A stretch of DNA of 55,588 bases from Candidatus Nanoarchaeia archaeon (GCA_028691765.1 JAQUYS010000001.1:1-55588); one strand, 5' to 3'; positions 8,179 through 16,859 are shown, counted from the stretch's first letter. Program-made: numbers and translations. The notes: generated from the sequence alone by a model not told the origin.

Positions 8179-9765
8179 TTAGAAGAAATCGCCCAATCCT
8201 GCTTGTGAAGTTCCTTTAAATTCTTTTTTTGTTGTTTTTTCTTCAATACCTACTTGTTTTTTAAGTGAGAGCGCTAGAGCAGGACCAATTAAAGATGTTA
8301 ATAAATTCATATCTATTGAAACTATATCGCCAACATCTTTTATTCCTTTATTAAATAAAACTCGGGCCCTTATACGACCTATCCCTTTAAAATTCAACAA
8401 CGGCAATAATTCAGCTTTTACTCCTTCAACTAATCGTTTTCTAGCGTGTTTTAATGATTTTATAATATAATGTAAATTTTCTAATCTGCACAATTCTTCA
8501 GATGCGTAAAGTAACCAATCAACAATATTTAGTTTTGCATGTATTTCTCCAGGCCTTACATTATACTTATCAAACAACTTCTCTTCTGAAATTTCATTTG
8601 CCCAATCACAAAGAAAAAAAGTAGTTTTTATAGTAGAATCATACTCGTCCGTTGAAATTTCGGAAAATTCTTCTTCATTTAACAAAATTTCTTGTTTGTC
8701 GAAATTTAAATGAAATTCATCGTATTCATTTGCTTTAAGAGATAATAGGGGCCTCATTTCCAAGGAACAAGAGATTAAATGAGTTATCGCGAAGAAATTT
8801 TCATCGGAGGTATGATTTTTATTTATTTTTTTAATTGAGTTTATTAATGTATTCGCAGTTAGAGGATCGATATATATTTGAGAAACTCTTTCTCCAAGAG
8901 GAGTTGCTTGAAGAGTTTGATTTTTAGTTTTTAAAAAATCTAAACCGCTAGTGAAAGAATTTGAATTTTTTTCTTCAAATGGGATTAACATGTTCCATTT
9001 TTGTAATTGATTTATTGTTGAATCTAATTTTAAATGTAAACTTCCTTTATCCCCGAACTGAAATGCATAGAATGTAGAGTCAAAAAAAGAATACAATTGA
9101 TTTTTAGACGAAATTTTTTTAGACGAAATTAAACTTAATATGTGCATTCTAAGAACCGGTTCAACAGCTAATTTAGAATATATTTCTTCCACTTTTCCGT
9201 TAATGTAATTTTTAACAAAATAATTTATATGTTCTGTTTCAGACGCAATTATAATTGCTTCACCATATTCTTCTTGTCCAGGTCTTCCAGCTCTTCCACT
9301 CATTTGTTCATATTCTAAAACTGGTATAGGAACCATTCCTCTAGGGCCAAATCTTTTTGTGTCTTTTATTATTGCTCTAAACGCAGGTAAATCTAATCCC
9401 GCGGCCAAAGTCGGAGTCGAACAAATTATTTTTATTTTCCCAGTTCTGAATTGATCTTCTATTAATTCTCTTTGTTTAGAAGTTAATCCTGCGTGATGAA
9501 AAGCGATTCCTGTTTGAACACATTTAGATAATCTTTTGCATTGTTTAGTTGGGGATTGTAGTGAATTTTCAATTTGATAAGCTAGTTTGTCTAAGTCTAA
9601 ATTTGCCTTTTTATTTTTTAATAGAATTATCGCAATTTTTTCTGCAACACTTTCTGCAGATTTTTTACTTGAACAAAAAACTAAAGCTTGTTTATCTAAA
9701 TTTAAAGTATCTAAACATAAAGCAATTGTTGTATCTTTATGTGGGGAGATTTGAACTTTTTTCAT
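8179..9765 (-). CDS. Ski2/Hel308-like helicase, C-terminal portion only (RecA2, WH, ratchet and HhH domains); the RecA1 domain is not encoded here
   Basis: Starts at ALVFCSSKKSAE (beginning of RecA2). Carries GIAFHHAGL, STPTLAAGLDLPA (motif V), QMSGRAGRPG (motif VI) and a C-terminal GIGRIRARVL helix-hairpin-helix. No Walker A or DExH motif is present. Confidence 0.8.
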   Translation of the reverse strand: MKKVQISPHKDTTIALCLDTLNLDKQALVFCSSKKSAESVAEKIAIILLKNKKANLDLDKLAYQIENSLQSPTKQCKRLSKCVQTGIAFHHAGLTSKQRELIEDQFRTGKIKIICSTPTLAAGLDLPAFRAIIKDTKRFGPRGMVPIPVLEYEQMSGRAGRPGQEEYGEAIIIASETEHINYFVKNYINGKVEEIYSKLAVEPVLRMHILSLISSKKISSKNQLYSFFDSTFYAFQFGDKGSLHLKLDSTINQLQKWNMLIPFEEKNSNSFTSGLDFLKTKNQTLQATPLGERVSQIYIDPLTANTLINSIKKINKNHTSDENFFAITHLISCSLEMRPLLSLKANEYDEFHLNFDKQEILLNEEEFSEISTDEYDSTIKTTFFLCDWANEISEEKLFDKYNVRPGEIHAKLNIVDWLLYASEELCRLENLHYIIKSLKHARKRLVEGVKAELLPLLNFKGIGRIRARVLFNKGIKDVGDIVSIDMNLLTSLIGPALALSLKKQVGIEEKTTKKEFKGTSQAGLGDFF

Positions 9766-9783
9766 ATTTTTTGTAAATAGATT

Positions 9784-9795
9784 AAATATATAAAA
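9784..9795 (-). promoter_or_regulatory. TATA box for the helicase fragment gene
   Basis: CTTTTATATATTT (minus-strand reading) is centred about 25 nt upstream of the ATG at 9765. It sits in the 34-nt gap after the tRNA 3' end. Confidence 0.45.
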
Positions 9796-9799
9796 GAAA

Positions 9800-9956
9800 T
9801 GGGTCGGGAGGGACTTTCATTCCAGAACGCAGCTTTCTGAATGCCGCTTTCTGAGCTTTTGAACCCTCGACTTCACCGTTTCATAGAAAACGAATCAATA
9901 TATTTTTCTTCGTAAACTCTTCAGCGGTGCGCTCTGCCGGTCTGAGCTACCAACCC
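9800..9956 (-). tRNA. tRNA-Phe: tRNA-Phe (GAA) with two introns: about 39 nt after position 37 and about 44 nt within the T-loop
   Basis: Minus-strand exon reading: GGGUUGG UA GCUC AGACCGGCA GAGC G CACCG CUGAAG[39 nt]A CGGUG AAGUC GAGGG UUCAAA[44 nt]U CCCUC CCGACCC A. All four stems pair. U8, A14, GG in the D-loop, UUCAA in the T-loop and discriminator A are present. 74 exon nt plus 83 intron nt equals 157 nt. Confidence 0.85.
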
Positions 9957-9981
9957 ATAAAAGTAGTAGAATTAAAAAGCC

Positions 9982-9991
9982 ATTTAAAAAG
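9982..9991 (-). promoter_or_regulatory. TATA-like box upstream of tRNA-Phe
   Basis: CTTTTTAAAT (minus-strand reading) is centred about 30 nt upstream of the tRNA 5' end. Confidence 0.4.
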
Positions 9992-9995
9992 CTTT

Positions 9996-12221
9996 CTAAT
10001 ATAAACCAGACAATATCGAGCCTGAAACTAAGTTAAACAAGATTATTAAAGATACCGCTAATAAAAAGAATATTGATGCAGCTTTATACATGTAATTGCC
10101 TAAGGAAGCTTGTTCTCCTAAGTCATCTGCTCCATTCTCTATGCCATTTGCTAGAACTGTTAAAATATATGCTAATTGTACAACATATAAGCCTACAACT
10201 AAAGTAAAATAATATGTCGGGATTCCTGTGCCAAACATAGTTAAAATTGCACCACCTGCTCCTAAACCGGATGCTTGTCCACCTAATTCGCTTAATTTAT
10301 TTCCCAAAGTTCCCATTATTTTAGTTATTAAAGAAGTAATCGCCACAACTATTGCAGAAATTACAGGGGTTAGAAAGACTAACTGCGATTTCATACTTGC
10401 AATTGTGTCGCCCATTAAATCTTGTAATCTTTCATCAACTCTGTGCATTTGTTTTATGTATTCAGAAACATTCATCATGGCTTGACTTGCAATTATGGGT
10501 CCTTTTCTACTTGCTTCAACTAAAACCTTCATAGAACTTTCAATAATATCAGAAGGGTATTTTGATAGAGCACCTATTTTAGAATCAAATATTGCTTTCT
10601 CAACACTCATTCCTTGTCGAGTTATATTTGAATGAACTAATAAAAAGAATTTTCCAGAGATTGTATCGGTCATTTGACTTCCAACTTTTCCAAAAGCAAT
10701 TTCAGTAGGAATTCCATCACCAATACGACTTCCCAATTGAAATAATGCTGCAGAAAATTCTAATTCTAACGCTTTTGCTTTATCTCTTAATCCAATTATG
10801 TGTTTAGTTCTAGCTTTATTATAAAATCCAATTCCAAATGCAATTCCAAAAGGAATTAATAAACTCAATAATGTAGCAATTAAACCAAAAGGACCAACAT
10901 AAGTTTCCATCACTTCTCCTTCAATAGTTTCTTGCCTATATTCTAAAAATTGAACTTTAATTATATCGGGAGAAGTAAATTCATCTACTTTTTGGATTTT
11001 ATAACCATCATCATTAACTAATGCAAAATCACTTAAACCTACACTATGCCAAATTAAAGGCAAGAATCCAATGAGGCAAAGTATTACTGCCACCGTGATT
11101 GAAAAATATAATGGATTGAAATAATATGTTTTTTTATCACTTACTTTTACAACTATGTTTTGTAATTTAGTTAATTCCGGATTTCGTTTAGTTACATCAA
11201 CATTTCCTGATCCGCCTGGACGAGTAGATAAAATTTTCTTACCTAAATAAAAAACAATCAAAGGTAAAAAAATATTATATATTGCAAATAAATGGTACCA
11301 CCTAAATTCACTCATAAAACTTACAACTAAAGGAAGTATAACTAAGGTTAAAATTGGTAAAACCACACCCAACATATTTAATGTTGTTAATGGACCTTTT
11401 AATCCATGAGCGTAATGAAGCATCTTTTCATAAGTCTCATCCAACATAACATTTAATGATTTATCTAAAGCGGCTAATCTTCTATCTTCTGTATTCTCCA
11501 TCAAAGAAGATTCAATTAAATTCATACTTTCAATAAATTCTAAGTTATGTTTTCTCCAAATATCTAAATAATCATTTAAAGAATCTTTTATAGAATCAAA
11601 TTTTTGTGTTTCCACATTCCAAACGACTTTTCTGAAATCCAAAGATAAGGGAGGAGGTAAATGTTCTGCTGCGAAATTCATTGCTCTTTCTAAGTTTGAT
11701 GTATGACGCATATAAGTAACAAGATAGAAAATTGATAAAACCATTTGATTTGATGCCTTCATACGCCATTTATTTGCGAAGGACATAGGTAAATTTTGTA
11801 AAGGAATCATTATGCCTAATGCAAGAACAACTGAAAAAGCTACGAAAAATAAATTTCCTTCTGAACCTAACATAACAGGCAAAATATAAAAAACAATCAT
11901 TGCTGCCACAATCAAAGCTAAAGGAATTATCATTGCTGCGCTATTAACACCAGTGGGAGTTGTGTTTAAATGACAGGTATTTATTGCTTCTTGTAGTACA
12001 GGTATTTTTTTAGCGTCTGGTGAAATCGGAAGATTTTTTTCTGAAAACTGACAAATTTTTTCATATATTGAAAGATGTTTTGGAAGATATTGGGATTTAA
12101 ATTGAGAATATACTTTAGTTTCGGTTTTTTCTTCTGAAACTAAATCTTCATTCATCTCTTTACTTATTCTTTTTTTAAATAATTTGGACACTTCTTCATA
12201 CTCAATACTTTTTTCATCCAT
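9996..12221 (-). CDS. Type IV pilus/archaellum-type polytopic membrane platform protein (FlaJ/TadC/PilC-like)
   Basis: 741-aa multi-TM protein. Its start overlaps the stop of the upstream secretion ATPase by 8 nt, the canonical ATPase-platform pairing. The call rests mainly on context and topology. Confidence 0.6.
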   Translation of the reverse strand: MDEKSIEYEEVSKLFKKRISKEMNEDLVSEEKTETKVYSQFKSQYLPKHLSIYEKICQFSEKNLPISPDAKKIPVLQEAINTCHLNTTPTGVNSAAMIIPLALIVAAMIVFYILPVMLGSEGNLFFVAFSVVLALGIMIPLQNLPMSFANKWRMKASNQMVLSIFYLVTYMRHTSNLERAMNFAAEHLPPPLSLDFRKVVWNVETQKFDSIKDSLNDYLDIWRKHNLEFIESMNLIESSLMENTEDRRLAALDKSLNVMLDETYEKMLHYAHGLKGPLTTLNMLGVVLPILTLVILPLVVSFMSEFRWYHLFAIYNIFLPLIVFYLGKKILSTRPGGSGNVDVTKRNPELTKLQNIVVKVSDKKTYYFNPLYFSITVAVILCLIGFLPLIWHSVGLSDFALVNDDGYKIQKVDEFTSPDIIKVQFLEYRQETIEGEVMETYVGPFGLIATLLSLLIPFGIAFGIGFYNKARTKHIIGLRDKAKALELEFSAALFQLGSRIGDGIPTEIAFGKVGSQMTDTISGKFFLLVHSNITRQGMSVEKAIFDSKIGALSKYPSDIIESSMKVLVEASRKGPIIASQAMMNVSEYIKQMHRVDERLQDLMGDTIASMKSQLVFLTPVISAIVVAITSLITKIMGTLGNKLSELGGQASGLGAGGAILTMFGTGIPTYYFTLVVGLYVVQLAYILTVLANGIENGADDLGEQASLGNYMYKAASIFFLLAVSLIILFNLVSGSILSGLY

Positions 12222-14514
12222 CGTTTTCGTTTTCCTTAAGTTTCATCTTTTTTATTTCTTTGACTAACCATTCATTCCATTCAAAATAAATTTTATCAGT
12301 ATTTTCATAACCCATTCGTTTAATTATTTTTTCTGTAACTTTGTGATACATATCATTTGAATATATAACAAATTCTGCTTCAAGTAAATTTGGTTCGTTT
12401 TCTTTAACACTTAATTCAACAAGTCTTTGTTTTATTTTTGCTCTTAAATTGATATTTTCCCAAAGTGCATCCCAATTACCCGTCCATTCTTTAACTTTAG
12501 ACGCGATATCTTTTAATATTTCACTTTCTCCATTAAGTAATTCAGCGGTAGGTTCTAAAGAATCTGTTTTAGTGTTATATTTCATCAAGTCTACAAATCC
12601 ACCTTCTAAGTTAGGATCATCTTTCCAATCCTTACGAACTTCAGTTATTTGTAATACTCTACGAATTTTATGTAATCCGTCTGCAGATTTTATTGGATTA
12701 ACGATTACAATTATATCTGTTGCTTTAAATGATGTTTTAGGAATGCCTATGTCATTAACTAATCTATCAAATATACCAAACGGACTATCTCCGTGAATTG
12801 TTCCTGCAACTACATTTGCTGCCGCTCCAACCCTCATAGCCTCGTAAAGTGATTTTGCTTCCCCACTTCTAACTTCTCCAACAATTAAAGCAGAATCTCC
12901 AAGTCTCAATGTACTCCGAATTCCAATCTCCGCACTTAATTCTCCTCCTGATGTGGATAAAGCACTTGCTACTTTTAACGGCTGTATATTGAAGCCTAAT
13001 TCACGCATAGATGAACCTGGCAATTCCAAAGTGTCTTCAACAGTTATGATTCTATGTCTACGCATAATTTCAATCAATAATGATGAAAGAAAACTACTTT
13101 TACCTGAACTTCTTGTTCCACAAATAAGCATCGTTCGAGTTCCATCAATAAAAAAAGAAAGTAAACCCGCAGCCAACGGAGAAATCATTTTATTTTTTAA
13201 GAAAAGTGGTAGAGTCCAAGGTTTGTCCCTGTGTCTTCTAAATGAAAATGCGATTCCAGTCGGATTTAATGGCCTACTTATTACTGAAACCCTAACACTT
13301 GCACCCGGTAATTCTAATTCTGTATCTAAAATGGGATTTGCTTCATCTAAAGGTCTTCCAGAAATCATTCTTAATTTTGAAGCCCAACTTTCAGCATCTC
13401 CTTCTGTTGGAAATATATTTGTTTTACAATCATCATATTCTGCATGAACTATAAATACGGGTAATTTTCCTAAAGGACTGTTAACAGATACATCTTGCAT
13501 TTTTTCATCTTGCAATAAAACTTCAATTAAACCAAATCCAACAGTATACCTTACTAGAATTTTAGATAATTCTTCTAGTTCTTCATCAGACAATCTTAAC
13601 TCCCTGTAATTTGCAAGTTCTTCAATTAAATCTTTACCAACAGAATGAAATATTTCCCTCATTCTTGACGGATCGGTAAATTCTTCTTCGTCTGGCTTGT
13701 GTTCACTTAAAATTCTTCTAGCAGTATCTAATAAATCATATTTTTCTTCAGAAAGTTTAAACTCAGGAGGCATAATGTGATACAAATATTGAACGCTATC
13801 AGGGATATCAAATATTACGACCTCAGTATCTCCAATCATGTAATTATCAAGCTCCGTTCCTCGTTTAGGATATGTTGCCATCAATTTTGTAAAAATAAAA
13901 TCTGGACGAATTAAAGGAGAGAAGATTTTACGATAAACATCTCTTTGATTTAAATCATATCCTTCAAAATAAGGTTTTGCTAAAATTATTAATTTAGTTT
14001 TTTCTAATAAACTTAAAATATGTTCTAGAATTGAAATATAATTTTCTTGTGAAGAAATTATTTCTTTATCGATTTCTTTGTCTAATTGTATTTTTTCTCG
14101 TCTTAAAATTCTTTTTAATTTTACAAAACATGCAAGAGGATCTTTTTTTAAATCTGTAAATAAAACATTGTGTAATTCATTATATCTTGTTGAAATTGTT
14201 GCTGCGGCTAATTTGTTTGAAAGTGCAGGATAACCAAATAAATCTTTGTTTCGAACTAATTTAGAATATAATAAGGCAATTTCTTTCAATAAAGTTATTT
14301 GACTATAATCATATTCATATTCGTGCTTTTGAGAAAAAATCAACTTAGTTGCCATAGGATTTTCTATTAACAACGTTTGTGCTTCAGACATGCAAATTTC
14401 ATCATCTTCGATGGAAGGAACCGTTTGTCTAGCCGAATAATCTACTTTAATTATAGTTTCTTCTCCTTCTCGTATAATTTCACTTAGAATGTCTGATTTT
14501 TTCTTTTCCAGCAT
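12214..14514 (-). CDS. Type II/IV secretion system ATPase (FlaI/PilB/VirB11 family), 766 aa
   Basis: Walker A CGTRSSGKSSFL, ITVEDTLEL, Walker B/Asp box ALIVGEVRSGEA, His box AGTIHGDSP. Confidence 0.9.
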   Translation of the reverse strand: MLEKKKSDILSEIIREGEETIIKVDYSARQTVPSIEDDEICMSEAQTLLIENPMATKLIFSQKHEYEYDYSQITLLKEIALLYSKLVRNKDLFGYPALSNKLAAATISTRYNELHNVLFTDLKKDPLACFVKLKRILRREKIQLDKEIDKEIISSQENYISILEHILSLLEKTKLIILAKPYFEGYDLNQRDVYRKIFSPLIRPDFIFTKLMATYPKRGTELDNYMIGDTEVVIFDIPDSVQYLYHIMPPEFKLSEEKYDLLDTARRILSEHKPDEEEFTDPSRMREIFHSVGKDLIEELANYRELRLSDEELEELSKILVRYTVGFGLIEVLLQDEKMQDVSVNSPLGKLPVFIVHAEYDDCKTNIFPTEGDAESWASKLRMISGRPLDEANPILDTELELPGASVRVSVISRPLNPTGIAFSFRRHRDKPWTLPLFLKNKMISPLAAGLLSFFIDGTRTMLICGTRSSGKSSFLSSLLIEIMRRHRIITVEDTLELPGSSMRELGFNIQPLKVASALSTSGGELSAEIGIRSTLRLGDSALIVGEVRSGEAKSLYEAMRVGAAANVVAGTIHGDSPFGIFDRLVNDIGIPKTSFKATDIIVIVNPIKSADGLHKIRRVLQITEVRKDWKDDPNLEGGFVDLMKYNTKTDSLEPTAELLNGESEILKDIASKVKEWTGNWDALWENINLRAKIKQRLVELSVKENEPNLLEAEFVIYSNDMYHKVTEKIIKRMGYENTDKIYFEWNEWLVKEIKKMKLKENENDG

Positions 14515-14548
14515 GGAGTCGCACCCTTCGATATTTTGTAAGTAAGCG

Positions 14549-14559
14549 CTTATATAAAG
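14549..14559 (-). promoter_or_regulatory. TATA box for the ATPase-platform operon
   Basis: CTTTATATAAG (minus-strand reading) lies about 40 nt upstream of the ATG at 14514, with AAGGGTG SD-like sequence in between. Confidence 0.4.
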
Positions 14560-14606
14560 TTTTTCTTTGCAGAGGGGTAAAATTAAAGTTTTATTTAAAT
14601 ACTAAA

Positions 14607-14615
14607 TTATATAAA
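14607..14615 (+). promoter_or_regulatory. TATA box for the divergent coiled-coil gene (leaderless spacing)
   Basis: TTATATAAA is centred 27 nt upstream of the ATG at 14638. Confidence 0.45.
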
Positions 14616-14637
14616 TGAGGGAATTTTAAAAGAGCTT

Positions 14638-15027
14638 ATGGTTGAACCTGGTTCCGTAGATCCTGCTGAAAGAAGATCCATAGATAGTGAAATGGCAAAT
14701 GTAACTACTCTATCAACTAGATTAAAGATTTTGGAAGAACGATACACTATTTTAAGAAAAAAAATACAAGTAACAGACCAAAACATCATTGAATTGGAGA
14801 AAAACCGATATGCTGAAACTCAATTAATTGACGAAGATGTGTTAGAAATAAAATCTAAATTAAAAGAATTAGTTGAAAAACTTGAATTGTTGAATGATGA
14901 AATGGAACATTTCGCAGATAGGAGGGAATTTACAGTTCTTAAGAAATATATTGAATTCTGGCAACCTATGGATTTCGTGACTAGAAAAGAAGTAAATGAC
15001 TTTCTTAGAAAGAAGTTAAATAAATAA
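14638..15027 (+). CDS. Hypothetical coiled-coil protein
   Basis: 129 aa with heptad-like charged/hydrophobic periodicity. Promoter at canonical spacing. No family recognised. Confidence 0.5.
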   Translation: MVEPGSVDPAERRSIDSEMANVTTLSTRLKILEERYTILRKKIQVTDQNIIELEKNRYAETQLIDEDVLEIKSKLKELVEKLELLNDEMEHFADRREFTVLKKYIEFWQPMDFVTRKEVNDFLRKKLNK

Positions 15028-15029
15028 TT
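15008..15029. repeat. 22-bp exact direct repeat, copy 1 (last codons plus stop of the 14638..15027 gene)
   Basis: gaaagaagttaaataaataatt occurs at 15008..15029 and again at 15122..15143. Confidence 0.9.
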
Positions 15030-15121
15030 GTGAGTTAAACTCAGAGAGTTTATACTCGCTTCCGTCGACGTGTGAAACAACGTTTTGAGAATGCCAATGA
15101 ACACATCATATGGTAATAGAC

Positions 15122-15143
15122 GAAAGAAGTTAAATAAATAATT
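15122..15143. repeat. 22-bp exact direct repeat, copy 2
   Basis: Identical to 15008..15029. The 92 nt between the copies are locally GC-richer (ctcgcttccgtcgacgtgtgaaacaacg). Confidence 0.9.
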
Positions 15144-15182
15144 ATTCACTAAAAATCAAAGATTTGGGTGCACAAGAAATTT

Positions 15183-15596
15183 TTAATTTCTTTGTGTTTT
15201 AACAGATTTTAAATCATCTGTAATTCTTGTCAATTCACTAACATTTTGTATGAATACAGGTAAAACCTTGGCAAAAACTTTTTCCATGGATTGAATTTCT
15301 GCACCTACATCAAGAATATGTTTATCATAATCACCAATTTTTCCAACTATTGCAGTATGTAGTTTATCAAACTCATTTCTTAAATCAACAACTTGTTGTT
15401 CAATTTTACTTATTTTAGATTCTGCAGATGTTTTCCATTCTAGAATTTTAGTTATGTCTTTAACTAATTCATTCCATTTTTCATCAATTATTGCTTCAAT
15501 TAACTCTTCGTTTGTTGTTGTCGGAGCGGTAGGTTGAGGCATAGCCGGACCTCTAGAAGGCATTGGCATCGGAGGCATTTGTTGATCCATATCCAT
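15183..15596 (-). CDS. Hypothetical protein with Pro/Met-rich N-terminus and coiled coil
   Basis: MDMDQQMPPMPMPSRGPAMPQPTAPTTT followed by a helical coiled-coil region. AGGTGAG SD upstream. Last gene of the membrane-paralogue operon. Confidence 0.5.
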   Translation of the reverse strand: MDMDQQMPPMPMPSRGPAMPQPTAPTTTNEELIEAIIDEKWNELVKDITKILEWKTSAESKISKIEQQVVDLRNEFDKLHTAIVGKIGDYDKHILDVGAEIQSMEKVFAKVLPVFIQNVSELTRITDDLKSVKTQRN

Positions 15597-15605
15597 TTAT
15601 CTCAC

Positions 15606-16214
15606 CTATTTTGCTTCTTGTGAATCTGATAGCAACATTATTGTAAACATCCCTATTATTAACATCAATATTAATCCTAAAACTTTTGGATTAATTAAAG
15701 TCATTAAAACGTTATTTCCAAAACTTGATGATGCTGTGGAAGTCGTTGTTACAGGTACTGTTTGATTTGTTACTGTTGTAATCATTCCATCTGTTGTTGT
15801 TTCTGTAACTTGTTCTGCCAATAAGGTTTGACCAAACGTTGATGAAAATGAAGCTAAAACAATTATTATGACAAAAGTTAATATTGTCCACATAACTGAT
15901 TTTTGTTTGATTACTGAACCCCATAAAGTTTCATCTTGATTAAACATTTTGAAAACAAACATTATTAAAAATGTTAACATAATTAAAACTGTAAACCACG
16001 GAATCATAACTGAAATTACAGTCATAGCAGGTTTATACATTAAAAGAAAAAATGAAACGGAGATTGCAATTATTGCAAAAAGAGCGTTTTTTCCTGGTAA
16101 TTTTTCAAAGGCTTTTGTTATTGAAAGGAAAGCATAAACTATTACGAAGACCATTAAAAATAGGAAAATCGGTCCAAAATACGAAAATAGTGATACATCC
16201 ATAAACGTTGCCAT
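15606..16214 (-). CDS. Membrane protein, paralogue 3 of a tandem triplet (Thr-rich extracytoplasmic loop)
   Basis: Multi-TM protein of about 200 aa with the same architecture as the two upstream genes. AAGGTAA SD 8 nt upstream. Confidence 0.6.
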   Translation of the reverse strand: MATFMDVSLFSYFGPIFLFLMVFVIVYAFLSITKAFEKLPGKNALFAIIAISVSFFLLMYKPAMTVISVMIPWFTVLIMLTFLIMFVFKMFNQDETLWGSVIKQKSVMWTILTFVIIIVLASFSSTFGQTLLAEQVTETTTDGMITTVTNQTVPVTTTSTASSSFGNNVLMTLINPKVLGLILMLIIGMFTIMLLSDSQEAK

Positions 16215-16226
16215 TTTATTTTACCT

Positions 16227-16841
16227 TTAGTTTCCTTCCATAGCTTTTCGTATAGCTTCTTCTCTTTTTTTAGCGTTTTCTCGCTCAGTCTTTATACGAT
16301 CTCCTTTAGAAACAGGATCTTCGCCGTCAGAAACTATAAATTTAATTACAATTCCAAATACAAGTATCGCCATTACAAGAGCAATTACATCTTGCGTTAA
16401 TAAATTTCTTAACCAATAAGGTGAATCTATCCAATTCAATGAATTTAAGATTATGAATATTACAATTGCCATAGATGCCCACATAAACCATTTTCCAGGC
16501 CCTTTATCAACACCCATTTTGTCTCCTAACCATAGACCAACAGTTAACAACATCATTACACAAGCAACTAATAATAATCCAATTTGAGGTAACATAGAGT
16601 TAATTATTTCAACAGCATCAAAACCATAATAATATGCTCCAGTTACGTGCGGAGTTATTACTGCAAATGCTATAACTAAAGCCACAACAACTGCATATTT
16701 TTTATTTTTAGCTTCATCTTTTGCCAATATTTTAGCTCGTTCAATAGTTGCGAAAACTATTGTAAAAATTAAAATAAATGGTAAAATTATGTCCATCACA
16801 CCCCAGTTTTGAAGCGCATATATTAAAGTTTCAAATCCCAT
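16227..16841 (-). CDS. Membrane protein, paralogue 2 of a tandem triplet
   Basis: MGFETLIYALQNWGVMDIILPFILIFTIVFATIERAKIL aligns with the paralogue at 16860..17462. Start moved to the ATG at 16841, which is preceded by AGGTGA; the track start at 16850 is a GTG inside that SD. Confidence 0.6.
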   Translation of the reverse strand: MGFETLIYALQNWGVMDIILPFILIFTIVFATIERAKILAKDEAKNKKYAVVVALVIAFAVITPHVTGAYYYGFDAVEIINSMLPQIGLLLVACVMMLLTVGLWLGDKMGVDKGPGKWFMWASMAIVIFIILNSLNWIDSPYWLRNLLTQDVIALVMAILVFGIVIKFIVSDGEDPVSKGDRIKTERENAKKREEAIRKAMEGN

Positions 16842-16859
16842 TATAATCACCTATAACTT

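Noticed and set aside
9101-9130. Perfect 15-bp tandem duplication (tttttagacgaaatt x2) inside the helicase gene
   Set aside because: It is in frame (ISSKK/ISSKN) and only two units long, with no spacers. This is a slippage micro-duplication, not a CRISPR or regulatory repeat.
9996-14514. Archaellum (flaI/flaJ) interpretation of the ATPase-platform pair
   Set aside because: No archaellin, FlaF/G, FlaH or FlaC/D/E-like genes are recognisable nearby. The only candidate substrates in the window are pilin-like proteins with large, non-archaellin mature domains. I therefore call it a generic type IV pilus-like motor.
15030-15121. Possible C/D-box sRNA on the minus strand of the 92-nt insert (AUGAUGU ... 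CUGA)
   Set aside because: The C-like and D-like boxes are about 65 nt apart with no recognisable C'/D' pair at canonical spacing of about 12 nt. The first insert (4517..4589) has no such boxes. Not supportable by eye.
14820-15149. Minus-strand 109-aa ORF spanning the 3' end of 14638..15027 and the 92-nt insert
   Set aside because: It is antisense to a gene with a canonical promoter, has no SD or TATA of its own, and runs across the duplicated 22-mers. It is most likely a shadow ORF.
15712-15924. 70-aa alternative-frame minus-strand ORF inside membrane paralogue 3
   Set aside because: It is nested in another frame of a longer ORF that has coherent TM architecture and an SD. It is Asn/Ser/Ile-rich low-complexity sequence.
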